DNA of 22,857 nt from a virus. Lineage: Duplodnaviria; Heunggongvirae; Uroviricota; Caudoviricetes. A program made the position numbers and the translations under genes. Position 1 is the first letter of the stretch. Each line of letters opens with the position of its first letter. Positions 1 through 8,627 of the stretch are shown here, one piece after another. The notes beneath the pieces were generated by a model. The model did not search any database. It saw nothing but the letters and a program-made list of their open reading frames with translations, and had not been told where the DNA came from. The DNA lies in IMG/VR virus record IMGVR_UViG_3300028887_000098, one strand, 5' to 3'.

Positions 1-49
1 CTGTTTCCAAACCTTTTAAAAAATCAATACTATTTGCTGAATATTCCAT
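1..49 (-). CDS. Partial CDS (N-terminus only): probable type IIA topoisomerase ATPase subunit (GyrB/ParE-like)
   Basis: Hand translation from ATG at 49 gives MEYSANSIDFLKGLET, which runs off the window. It resembles the GyrB/ParE N-terminal Y-x-A-x-x-I-x-x-L-x-GLE motif. Only 16 codons are visible. Confidence 0.55.
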   Translation of the reverse strand, partial: MEYSANSIDFLKGLET

Positions 50-68
50 AATTTTTAACCGTTTTCTA

Positions 69-77
69 CAAATATAG
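69..77 (-). promoter_or_regulatory. CTATATTTG motif, putative early/middle promoter element
   Basis: Lies about 20 nt upstream of the ATG at 49. The identical 9-mer recurs in intergenic DNA at 10272-10280 and 19846-19854. Confidence 0.4.
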
Positions 78-137
78 TAAAAAATAACGTCTTATTTATG
101 TAAATTGTAAAAAATTTTGAACATTATCTTGAAAAAC

Positions 138-145
138 TATAAATA
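138..145 (+). promoter_or_regulatory. T4-type late promoter TATAAATA
   Basis: Exact consensus, 4 nt before ATG 150; gp55 is encoded in the window. Confidence 0.75.
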
Positions 146-149
146 ATGT

Positions 150-944
150 ATGAAATCCATTTGGAATAATACCTTTTATAATACACAACCTGCACTTGGT
201 TGGACATTTGATATTTCCTTTGATGAGTATTATGACGGTGATACTAGTAATAATACTATAGGATTAAACAGATTGGCACAGGCTGCAGTAGATATAACCA
301 TTGGTAAGCGTGAAAGCGAATATACCAGTGTTTATTATGCTGGTGTAGAATTTAAAAAATTGACACGAGCACAAAATTCTGGAACATTTACTATAAAATT
401 TAACGAAGATAAATTTTATACAATTACTGGCATTTTAGAAAATATTTATAATAATGATAATTTAAATCAAGATTATTTCGATTCTGGATCTCATGTCTAT
501 AATTATCCGACAAATGGAACTAGAAAAATCGTAGTTAATATGTATGATCCGAATGTTTTACATAGTGACCCTAATGCAATTGTCGGTTATGAGTTTTATA
601 ATTGTAGAATAATGACTATTGATGATGCAAACTTTTCTTATGAAAGCACAGATACGATAACAAGAGCAGTAACTTTTGTTTATGATTATATGAAATATAG
701 AGATTATAGGTCTGAACGCTTCGCACAAGAAAGAGAAAATGCTGAAAAAGAAAGAATTGAAAATTCTAAGAAATTAAAAGCACAGCTTGATGCAAATCGT
801 AAAGAACGTATTTCTGGAATGATTGATGCATCGCTTCAAACTTGGAATAATAGTATTGCACTTGCAGAAGAAATGAGTAATAAGGATATACAAAACCAAA
901 AAGCTTATGAAAATATGCAGCGTAGTCGTGGAGGATATAGATAA
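150..944 (+). CDS. Tail tube-fold protein (gp19/gp48/gp54-like) with charged helical C-terminal extension
   Basis: YYAGVEFKKLTRAQNSGTFTIKFNED and YEFYNCRIMTIDDANFSYESTDTITRAVTFVYDY follow the T4 gp19-family pattern; preceded by a late promoter. Confidence 0.7.
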   Translation: MKSIWNNTFYNTQPALGWTFDISFDEYYDGDTSNNTIGLNRLAQAAVDITIGKRESEYTSVYYAGVEFKKLTRAQNSGTFTIKFNEDKFYTITGILENIYNNDNLNQDYFDSGSHVYNYPTNGTRKIVVNMYDPNVLHSDPNAIVGYEFYNCRIMTIDDANFSYESTDTITRAVTFVYDYMKYRDYRSERFAQERENAEKERIENSKKLKAQLDANRKERISGMIDASLQTWNNSIALAEEMSNKDIQNQKAYENMQRSRGGYR

Positions 945-1543
945 TGGAAAGTATATTTTCAAATAATAATTTTTATAATTTGTCAGATCCACAAGCTACC
1001 TGGCTATATGATGTCATGTTTTATAGTGTAAAGAATAATAGTTCTAACGCTTATTTTGTTGATTGGTGTAGCAAAAATATTATTATTACAAGTGTTTCTT
1101 TACCATCATACCATACTGAAACTGTTACCAAGAAATATTGGGGAAGTGAAAAATCTTTTCCAGTAATTAGAACTTATGGCGGTGAATGCACAATGAAATT
1201 TGATATAAGAACAGAAATGCATGATATGGTCAATACTGAAAAACTTGCACAGATTGATTCTTTATATCACACAGAAGGTCAAGATTATATTTTATATCAC
1301 CCAGAACTTGAAAATGTAATTGGTTCTGTAAGTTTTGAAAAAGTAATAGTCAAATTAAAGAATAAGACCGTTGCTGCAACTGCAGAAAATGCAGTATCGC
1401 AAGAATATGAATACAATAATTGTATTATAACTGATTTTGGTTTTAATGAAGAACTTGATTATTCAAGCGAATCTAAATTAACTGGAAAACTCTCATTCCA
1501 TTACGATATGTGGCATAAGAGAAAGGGAATTAACGGAGTATAA
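944..1543 (+). CDS. Tail tube-fold protein (gp19/gp54-like)
   Basis: SVSLPSYHTETVTKKYWGSEKSFPVIRTYGGECTMKF and YEYNNCIITDFGFNEELDYSSESKLTGKLSFHYD; TAATG overlap with the upstream paralog. Confidence 0.72.
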   Translation: MESIFSNNNFYNLSDPQATWLYDVMFYSVKNNSSNAYFVDWCSKNIIITSVSLPSYHTETVTKKYWGSEKSFPVIRTYGGECTMKFDIRTEMHDMVNTEKLAQIDSLYHTEGQDYILYHPELENVIGSVSFEKVIVKLKNKTVAATAENAVSQEYEYNNCIITDFGFNEELDYSSESKLTGKLSFHYDMWHKRKGINGV

Positions 1544-1546
1544 ATA
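1539..1546 (+). promoter_or_regulatory. T4-type late promoter TATAAATA
   Basis: Exact consensus overlapping the upstream stop codon, 4 nt before ATG 1551. Confidence 0.7.
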
Positions 1547-1550
1547 AGAT

Positions 1551-2036
1551 ATGAATAATTATTATAATGCTGCTAACAACTATTTTAATAACTACGGTCC
1601 TGACGCAGTAGATCCAGGTTCATATAAGATTGGACTTGATAAGCTAGTTTGCCCATGTTGTGGTAAAAAACTACATCTTGTCGATTCAACCAAAAAAGAA
1701 TATGAAGGTGATGATTTAATTAAGGTTAATGAATCTATTTTGAAAGAAAATAAGCTTGCTGATTATCTTTTAGGTATTATTGAAGAAGAAGCAAGAGCAA
1801 TCTACGAAGACGAGCTCGAGACGAATGAACCAGAAACCGATGCGATGGGAAATATCATCGGTGAATATGGCGAAAGATTTTTATACGTTAATAAAGAATT
1901 GAAAAAGATAGTTAAAATGAAGGCCAACGCGATTTCTAATATGGTAAAACATCAAGGTATCGAAGTTTCTCCATTTTATGTTGAAAATGAACTGTTCCAA
2001 ATGCTAAAATGCTATGGATATACAGGAGAACGCTAA
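1551..2036 (+). CDS. Hypothetical late protein with a CPCCG motif
   Basis: 161-aa ORF after a late promoter; LVCPCCGKKL motif shared with the next gene. Confidence 0.8.
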   Translation: MNNYYNAANNYFNNYGPDAVDPGSYKIGLDKLVCPCCGKKLHLVDSTKKEYEGDDLIKVNESILKENKLADYLLGIIEEEARAIYEDELETNEPETDAMGNIIGEYGERFLYVNKELKKIVKMKANAISNMVKHQGIEVSPFYVENELFQMLKCYGYTGER

Positions 2037-2053
2037 AAAATTCAAATTTTAAT

Positions 2054-2061
2054 TATAAATA
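2054..2061 (+). promoter_or_regulatory. T4-type late promoter TATAAATA
   Basis: Exact consensus followed by SD-like AAAGGA and ATG 2089. Confidence 0.75.
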
Positions 2062-2088
2062 ATATAAAATAACTAAAGGAATTTTACC

Positions 2089-2742
2089 ATGAGAAATAGA
2101 TTTGACACATTTAAAACCGCAGGTTGGTTGCTTGATGAGTCATATGACCCTATGAATTATATGACTGAAGCTGAAGAAGATGAAAATCAGGAACTTGAAG
2201 ATGAAACTTCCGAAGATGGAGATTCTGATGAAGATTCTGATGAAGAAAATCTTGATTTAGATGATGATTCTGATGAAACTGATGATTTGGTTGATGCTGA
2301 TGATTTAGATGTCGATGATAATGAAGATGTCGAAAATGACACTGAACTTGATCCGACTGACATTGCTGGTCGTCTTGATGCAATCGAAGACAAACTCGAT
2401 GATATTGCAGACAACAAGCAAGAACCAGATGAAGACGAAACATTCGATCTTGACCTTTCTAATCCAGTTTGCCCATGTTGCGGTGCTCGTTTGAATATCT
2501 TGAATTCTATCGACGATACTGAAGACATTGCCAATGACGAAGAAGGTGATGAAGAAGCTACAGAAGATGATGATATTTCTGCACTTCTTGCTGGCGAAAC
2601 ACCTGAAGAAGGCGAAACAGAAGGCGAAGAAATCAGCACAATGGATGATAGTCTCGATGATGTTGACGGCTTAGGCTATGATGATAGCGAATATGTCTCT
2701 CTTGACGACGAAGCTGAAGAAGACGACGACGACGAAGAATAA
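2089..2742 (+). CDS. Extremely acidic late protein with a CPCCG motif (possible prohead core/scaffold-like)
   Basis: About 44% Asp+Glu by hand count (96/217); late promoter, SD and downstream terminator. Function is inferred only. Confidence 0.8.
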   Translation: MRNRFDTFKTAGWLLDESYDPMNYMTEAEEDENQELEDETSEDGDSDEDSDEENLDLDDDSDETDDLVDADDLDVDDNEDVENDTELDPTDIAGRLDAIEDKLDDIADNKQEPDEDETFDLDLSNPVCPCCGARLNILNSIDDTEDIANDEEGDEEATEDDDISALLAGETPEEGETEGEEISTMDDSLDDVDGLGYDDSEYVSLDDEAEEDDDDEE

Positions 2743-2760
2743 TTCAAAAACAAAATTTAT

Positions 2761-2789
2761 AAAATAACCAGAGTAATTCTGGTTATTTT
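2761..2789 (+). terminator. Intrinsic terminator
   Basis: AAAATAACCAGA-gtaat-TCTGGTTATTTT hairpin with a T-tract after the stop at 2742. Confidence 0.8.
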
Positions 2790-2823
2790 TTTATATATTC
2801 ATATATTAAAGCACTTTTAAAAC

Positions 2824-2831
2824 TATAAATA
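2824..2831 (+). promoter_or_regulatory. T4-type late promoter TATAAATA
   Basis: Exact consensus, 4 nt before ATG 2836. Confidence 0.75.
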
Positions 2832-2835
2832 ATAC

Positions 2836-3303
2836 ATGAATAATATTATCGTTAATAGTGAAGACAACAAGCAGCTTGCATTGTATATTGGTAATAAAAT
2901 AAGAAATTTTAAGACCACATATCCAATGAAAAGAGATTATTGCGGAGATATTAATGATGAACTTCGTGAAGAATTGTCATATGACGGTATCAGATGTAAA
3001 CGAATTTATGGATTATATAAAGTAAATACGTTTATTGGTTGGTTAGACGAAGATGATTTCACCGACGATGAGTTAGATGAAATTACTAAAAAATATGGTG
3101 GAACTTATAGAGAAGATTTAGAAGAATATGTAAAGAGTTTACCAGAAGATAAACAAAAAGAACATCTTTATATTCCACATGTTTTTCTGCAATGTAAAGA
3201 ACTTATCCTTGACGCTGCGTCAGATATGTTTAATGGATTTGGTACACATTCCAAATATAGATATTTTTATGACAATTACACACCTGTTATTGGAGTTAAA
3301 TAA
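2836..3303 (+). CDS. Hypothetical protein, possible papain/transglutaminase-like Cys-His-Asp fold
   Basis: YCG (C36), PHVFL (H115) and ILDAASDMF (D126) pattern. The ORF is solid; the fold call is tentative. Confidence 0.6.
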   Translation: MNNIIVNSEDNKQLALYIGNKIRNFKTTYPMKRDYCGDINDELREELSYDGIRCKRIYGLYKVNTFIGWLDEDDFTDDELDEITKKYGGTYREDLEEYVKSLPEDKQKEHLYIPHVFLQCKELILDAASDMFNGFGTHSKYRYFYDNYTPVIGVK

Positions 3304-6300
3304 ATGAGATTCTTAGAATTATATGAAAGTGATAAGCCTGAAGAAAAGAAGAAAGATGACATGCCAAGTCAAAAGAACGTAATTACTATTGAAAAAGTCT
3401 TGGCAGATCTTGAACATTTCCATGATAGTAAGAAAGCTCGTGCTATATTTTTGAATAAAATTCATCGTCCAGGTCAACAGCCAGATAAAGCTTTTACATA
3501 TGGCGGCGACGGAAGTAGAAATGGTGCAGGTGGTAAATCTATTAGTTATACAGCAGATGTTGGTTCTAACCAGCCTTCTGAAGATTTCGCACGCATAATT
3601 GATAAAATTAAAGACCGTACTGGTTGGAAACAAGAAATTGAAGAAGTTATCAACCTTGTTAAAAATTCTAACCAACAACAGTATATTAGATCATATTTCA
3701 TTCCTAAAGTTGAAAATCCAGGTGCAAGATTAACCACAACTGGTAACTTAAGAGGCGATAATCGTGTTCCAGGTATTGATGAATATAAGACATTTGGTCA
3801 GGCAATGGTTTTCTATGCAGGTAAATGTGTTAGTAGAATGGCTGATGCAGATACTAAGATTGGAGCAGATAAATTCAAATTAATTATGCAAGGCTGTTTT
3901 GGTGCTGCACCACTTGCAAACGGTGAAGATGATAGTTTCTTGTCTCAGTTTAAAGATTTGGAATCTAAGTTAAAAATTGACGCTGCAAAAAACGTTATTT
4001 TGTCTATCCATAAAGCTGGTACTAAAGATATTGAAGGTATTGAAGTTGAAGAATCTTATTATACTGGCATGAGCTATATAATTAATAATAAGTTATTCGA
4101 AGCAGAAACAACAGAAAATAACTCAGTTGAATGCCCAAAAACTATTGATGAATTTAGCAAACTTGCAGGAACTGCATTAAAGCAGGCTAAAGCAGTTGCG
4201 CAAAAATATCCAAAACAGTATAAAATTTGGTATGAAAAATTACGTTCTGCTTTTGATGAAGGTGTTAAAGACTATCAAGATAAGGAACGTGATCCTGAGT
4301 TAATGAAGAAAGGTATTGAAAACCCAATTACTAAAGAAATAGAACATAGAAACGGTAAGGCTTGGGGTGCAGGCGGTCCAAATGCATTTATTAGAAATAA
4401 TGAATATTTGAATAATATTGTTCAAGCAATTAAGAAAGGAACACCTGGATGTGAAGGTGTAAATGGTTGGGATATTTTCAACTGTGGTCCTAAGCTTATT
4501 CTTACAATTTTTGATGCTCTCGAACATGGTGGTAAGATTTATCAGAAACTTTGTGATGACCTTAGTGTAGGTATGCGTCAAATTAAGCGTGCATTAGGTG
4601 CAACAAAGCCAGAAGATTTTGATAAGTTAATTAAGAAGTATGCTAGTGAAAATGAACATGCAAGAGCAATGGAAGTTAGTATTTCTGGTGTTTTGTGTGC
4701 ATTAGCAAATCTTTACAAAATTCTTGCAAATGGTAAGATTGGTCAGCTTAATTGGGAAACAAAGACATTCAATACTGAAAATTCTGATAGTGAAACTATT
4801 ATTCAAGTTCGTATTGACCAGTTAAAAGATGCTATCGCACATGCTGTTAAAGAAAAAGCTGATTACGAAAAGTGGAAAGAAGAACAAGATAAGAAACACG
4901 AAGAATACATTAAGAAACTTGAATCTGAAATCGCTGGTCTTTCTAAACAAGCAGAAGGACAGCAACAACAGAAAGAATCTACCACTGTAGTTTCTGTTAA
5001 AAATATTTTAACTGAAGAAGAAAAAGAAAACAGAAATCAGAAAATGGTTTCTAATGCACAAGATGAATTAAAGAAGAAAAAAGAAGAATTAGAAAAAGCA
5101 AAAAAGAATGACAAAACTGTTATTAAGCTTTCTAATTATATTGCAATTCTTGATGATTATAAGGACGTATTAGGTTTACAACCTCATATTAAAGAAGCTT
5201 ATAATACAATTTCAATTCTTTTTAATCCTGATGCAGCACAAGAACAGTATCAAGAACTTTTCAATAATAATACTGATAAAAAAGATAATTCAGATGAAGA
5301 AGATAATTCTCAACAGAAAACTAATGAAAAGGTTTCTTTAAGTTCACGTTTGGATAAAATTCTTACAGAATATAAATTATTCGAAGATGAAGGCGAAACT
5401 GTTGACCCTGATGAAGATAATGGTGAAGATTCAAATAAACCTGCAGAAGCTAAGAAGAAAGAAGAACCAAAACCAGAACAGCAGAATAATAACCAGAATA
5501 ATGACGTTGAAGTTAAGAGCAAAAATAAAGGAAATCTTGACTGGACAAAACAAGGTCAGGCACAAGGTTTGAAAGCAATTTACCGTATATTCAGTGAAGG
5601 TAAAGATAATGTTCGTTTTGATTTGGAAGCTTTTAAGGAACTTGCAAAATCAAAATCAACTAAGGAAGCATTCAAGAAAATTTGTGTAGTTCTTGAGAAT
5701 TTACAGAAGACTTTAAATAGTTTAAAGACTGTTGATCCTATTGTCGACGGTATTGTTGCATGTAACAAGATTGATGACCCTAAGAATATTCCAGGTTGTA
5801 TTGAAACCGTTAAATTAGGTTCTCAACAGAATAATCAGGAAAAAAAGAAAGAAGAAGCAGATAAACCAGGTGAAAGCAAAGATGATAGAAATAAGTTAGA
5901 AGTCTTAGAAGACCAACAGAAAACCTTAATTGGTCTTGTCGACGAAGATAGTTCTCTTATGAAAAATATCATTGGTAAGTTGAATGAACTTGTCAAGAAT
6001 GCAAAAGATGATAGCTGGTTAAATGAATATAATTCATTCGTTCAGAACTTTAATGCTGAAGGTTCTAAGATTCTTCAATATATTAAAGAAATTTATAAAA
6101 ATTCTAAGAGTGCAGAAAATTGGATTAAACAGCAAAGTGAGATTATAGAACGTTCTAATGTTCTTGCAAGAATGTGGCATATTATTTCAATGGCAAAATA
6201 TTGTATTGCACAATTACAAGAACAGATTGATAATCAAAGAACTGAAGATTTAGCTAAAGAACAGAATGCTGAAACACAGAATTCTTCTTATATACCTTTT

Positions 6301-6822
6301 GCTGAAAATCCGTCATTGAATGAAGCAGCATCTGCAGAATGTAGTATTAATGTAGTTCTTAAAAAAGTTAGTGAAAAATTATCATCATTTAACTTTAACA
6401 TAATGTTACCTACCGATTATAGAAATAATATCTATAAATTAAGTGATTCTAGTGAATTTAATAAAGTAGAAGAAAAATTTGCGTCAATAGTTGGAATCAA
6501 ATATGTTGAAGGTAATACAATTTATGGTATGATTAAGCAATTAATTGGTGATAAAACTATTATTAATGCATTAAAAAGTAAAAATATTGCAAAATGTGCA
6601 GAACAAATTAATTATATACATACTAATAAAGGTAATAAACAAAGTCCAGATAGAAATATGCTTCTATTTTATGGTGTTGTTCATGCTATCTGTAATGTAT
6701 TTGGTAGTCTTGATAACGATACAAAATCAAAAAATATTAGAGCTACTGATGAGAACTATATTCCAGAAGTTTCACCTGATGTATTAATGAATGAAATTTA
6801 TAAATATATAAGAGGAAATTAA
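3304..6822 (+). CDS. Large (1172 aa) helical late protein, probable virion internal/head protein
   Basis: Long ORF abutting the upstream stop (TAAATG); charged low-complexity linkers; multiple L-x-E motifs (LYES, LFEA, LTEE, LTEY, LFED, LNEA). No recognisable enzyme domain. Confidence 0.7.
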   Translation: MRFLELYESDKPEEKKKDDMPSQKNVITIEKVLADLEHFHDSKKARAIFLNKIHRPGQQPDKAFTYGGDGSRNGAGGKSISYTADVGSNQPSEDFARIIDKIKDRTGWKQEIEEVINLVKNSNQQQYIRSYFIPKVENPGARLTTTGNLRGDNRVPGIDEYKTFGQAMVFYAGKCVSRMADADTKIGADKFKLIMQGCFGAAPLANGEDDSFLSQFKDLESKLKIDAAKNVILSIHKAGTKDIEGIEVEESYYTGMSYIINNKLFEAETTENNSVECPKTIDEFSKLAGTALKQAKAVAQKYPKQYKIWYEKLRSAFDEGVKDYQDKERDPELMKKGIENPITKEIEHRNGKAWGAGGPNAFIRNNEYLNNIVQAIKKGTPGCEGVNGWDIFNCGPKLILTIFDALEHGGKIYQKLCDDLSVGMRQIKRALGATKPEDFDKLIKKYASENEHARAMEVSISGVLCALANLYKILANGKIGQLNWETKTFNTENSDSETIIQVRIDQLKDAIAHAVKEKADYEKWKEEQDKKHEEYIKKLESEIAGLSKQAEGQQQQKESTTVVSVKNILTEEEKENRNQKMVSNAQDELKKKKEELEKAKKNDKTVIKLSNYIAILDDYKDVLGLQPHIKEAYNTISILFNPDAAQEQYQELFNNNTDKKDNSDEEDNSQQKTNEKVSLSSRLDKILTEYKLFEDEGETVDPDEDNGEDSNKPAEAKKKEEPKPEQQNNNQNNDVEVKSKNKGNLDWTKQGQAQGLKAIYRIFSEGKDNVRFDLEAFKELAKSKSTKEAFKKICVVLENLQKTLNSLKTVDPIVDGIVACNKIDDPKNIPGCIETVKLGSQQNNQEKKKEEADKPGESKDDRNKLEVLEDQQKTLIGLVDEDSSLMKNIIGKLNELVKNAKDDSWLNEYNSFVQNFNAEGSKILQYIKEIYKNSKSAENWIKQQSEIIERSNVLARMWHIISMAKYCIAQLQEQIDNQRTEDLAKEQNAETQNSSYIPFAENPSLNEAASAECSINVVLKKVSEKLSSFNFNIMLPTDYRNNIYKLSDSSEFNKVEEKFASIVGIKYVEGNTIYGMIKQLIGDKTIINALKSKNIAKCAEQINYIHTNKGNKQSPDRNMLLFYGVVHAICNVFGSLDNDTKSKNIRATDENYIPEVSPDVLMNEIYKYIRGN
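6799..6806 (+). promoter_or_regulatory. T4-type late promoter TATAAATA
   Basis: Exact consensus in the 3' end of the large gene, followed by AGAGGA and ATG 6824. Confidence 0.6.
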
Positions 6823-6823
6823 A

Positions 6824-7294
6824 ATGATACAAGAAGATTACGAAAAACTAGTAGAACATATAGCTGGAATTAACAATGACTACAAAGTTATTGTAGAAGA
6901 CATTGATTTGGATAGCTATGATGATGAGCCTAAAGAAAAGAATTCTCGTCAAGAAATTCGTGATGCTATCAAACCGCAGGTTGATATTGCTTCTTCTTTG
7001 ATTACAACAATTAAAGACGGTTTTGAAGATAATATGGACCAGACAAAGCGAATGAATGATGCTATGGACCAGATTCAATCTTGGGAAAAGACTATTCATG
7101 GTGCATGTGAGCAAATTCTTAAAACTGTTGAAGCAAAAGATGGTTCTATAGATAGACCAGAATCTATTGTTAATGATAGTTCTAAATGTTCTCCAAAGGC
7201 ATTTAATAAGTATATTAAGAACTATACAAGCCGAGATTATGGTGTTCTCGAACTTGCAGCAGCTATCATGGTTTTCTATAATTCTTTGAGCTAA
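6824..7294 (+). CDS. Hypothetical protein
   Basis: 156-aa ORF with SD, followed by a bidirectional terminator. Confidence 0.8.
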   Translation: MIQEDYEKLVEHIAGINNDYKVIVEDIDLDSYDDEPKEKNSRQEIRDAIKPQVDIASSLITTIKDGFEDNMDQTKRMNDAMDQIQSWEKTIHGACEQILKTVEAKDGSIDRPESIVNDSSKCSPKAFNKYIKNYTSRDYGVLELAAAIMVFYNSLS

Positions 7295-7313
7295 TTTAAT
7301 TACAAATAAAAAG

Positions 7314-7339
7314 AAAAGCAGTGAAAAATCACTGCTTTT
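7314..7339. terminator. Bidirectional intrinsic terminator
   Basis: AAAAGCAGTGA-aaaa-TCACTGCTTTT between convergent genes; contains the gp62 TGA stop. Confidence 0.85.
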
Positions 7340-7754
7340 TATTATACACAAATTTTATATAATCTGCCCATTTTGTTTTTAAAATATTTCTTTGAGCGTC
7401 ATTTAATAATTCATTATATCGTTTAGCTTCTTTGGTACCAATATTGTATTCTTTCTTTAATGCAATAATCAAATCTTGGTCAACTGTTTCTGTTTTATAT
7501 GCTTCATAGTTAAAATAATGTTTAGTTTTCTTAACCCAAGTATATAAAACAGTATAATGCTGTTGATTTGTTAATTTTTGAATAGTCAATTCATTAATTA
7601 ATGGTAACAAATATTCATAACTTGATAAAAATCTATTTAATATGAACTGATTATATGCTGATTTATATTCATCTGGCAGATTAGTCCAATCATACTTTTT
7701 TGTGCAGATTGAACTTAATATTTCAAAGATTGGATTTTTCTTCTTTTCAGTCAT
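7329..7754 (-). CDS. gp62: Sliding-clamp loader small subunit (T4 gp62-like)
   Basis: YNQFILNRFLS...INEL...QHYTVLYTWVKKTKHY...ALKKEYNIGTKEAKRYNELL matches the gp62-family pattern. Confidence 0.8.
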   Translation of the reverse strand: MTEKKKNPIFEILSSICTKKYDWTNLPDEYKSAYNQFILNRFLSSYEYLLPLINELTIQKLTNQQHYTVLYTWVKKTKHYFNYEAYKTETVDQDLIIALKKEYNIGTKEAKRYNELLNDAQRNILKTKWADYIKFVYNKKQ

Positions 7755-7915
7755 TCAAAATGGTCCTTAAATTCTATAGTAACTTTATCGTCATTAATTA
7801 CTGATAATTTTACTTCAATAAACGTTTTATTATCTTTAAAAATATAGTAATTTCCTGCGTCTTTTAACATGACAAAAGAAGGATCTTCTGTAAAACTCTT
7901 AACAATCTTATTCAT
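7751..7915 (-). CDS. Small hypothetical protein (54 aa), absent from the supplied ORF track
   Basis: Hand translation MNKIVKSFTEDPSFVMLKDAGNYYIFKDNKTFIEVKLSVINDDKVTIEFKDHFE*. It fills the operon gap and has an ATGA overlap with gp62. Confidence 0.7.
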   Translation of the reverse strand: MNKIVKSFTEDPSFVMLKDAGNYYIFKDNKTFIEVKLSVINDDKVTIEFKDHFE

Positions 7916-7916
7916 A

Positions 7917-8627
7917 TTATTCCTTGTTGAATTTGCTTAAACGTGAAATAGGCCAAATACCATTAACTTTCTTATTCCATTTTTCAAAGAAGTGTTTTTT
8001 AAGTTCTTCAAATTCCTTTGGCGGTTTTCCTTCACTTGAATGTTTAACCGTAATATCGATTGTTGAAACCTTAAGGCCACGTTCAAGAACTTGTAAAGAA
8101 ATGTCGGTATCATAAAAATGAAAGCCTTTAAGATTTTCATCAAATCGTAAACCTTCTTCAAATACCCATCTTGGGAAAAACATACAACACCCGTCAACTG
8201 TTGCAAGATAATCATGAACACCCGGATGGTCATTCATCGGATATTCAATCGGTTTTCCATCCTGTCCGACACCACCTTGAATAATATAACCAGAACCATA
8301 GGTCCATCTACCACCAGCTCTAGGAACTCCATTCCACCAAGTACAATTTGTATCAAGTGCAATAGTTCCAATTACACCAGCAAGACCAACATCTTTTTCT
8401 TCAAATAATTTAGTTAATTTATAATCGCAAACATCGATTGATGTTTTAATCGTGCAATCATTATGTCTAAAACAAATAATTGGATCATTATTTTTTAAGA
8501 CAATATTTTCAATAGCATAATTGTATTTCTTAGCCATTGAATCACCTTGCGTATTATCGATGTAAAAAACTCTATTTGTATCTACATTTTCAGGTTTACG
8601 TTCTGTAACTGGGACGATTTCAATCAT
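7917..8627 (-). CDS. Glycosyltransferase-like protein (GT-A fold, Glyco_tranf_2_5-like)
   Basis: ICFRHND, DVGLAGVIG, TVDGCCMF and FDENLKGFHFYDTDISLQ motifs. Confidence 0.8.
   Translation of the reverse strand: MIEIVPVTERKPENVDTNRVFYIDNTQGDSMAKKYNYAIENIVLKNNDPIICFRHNDCTIKTSIDVCDYKLTKLFEEKDVGLAGVIGTIALDTNCTWWNGVPRAGGRWTYGSGYIIQGGVGQDGKPIEYPMNDHPGVHDYLATVDGCCMFFPRWVFEEGLRFDENLKGFHFYDTDISLQVLERGLKVSTIDITVKHSSEGKPPKEFEELKKHFFEKWNKKVNGIWPISRLSKFNKE

Noticed and set aside
443-450. TATAAATA on the minus strand inside ORF 150-944
   Set aside because: No appropriately placed downstream gene; treated as chance in AT-rich DNA.
2190-2330. GAT/GAA-rich quasi-repeats as a tandem repeat or CRISPR-like array
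   Set aside because: They are explained by Asp/Glu codons; there is no fixed repeat-spacer periodicity. No CRISPR array or tRNA was seen in the window.
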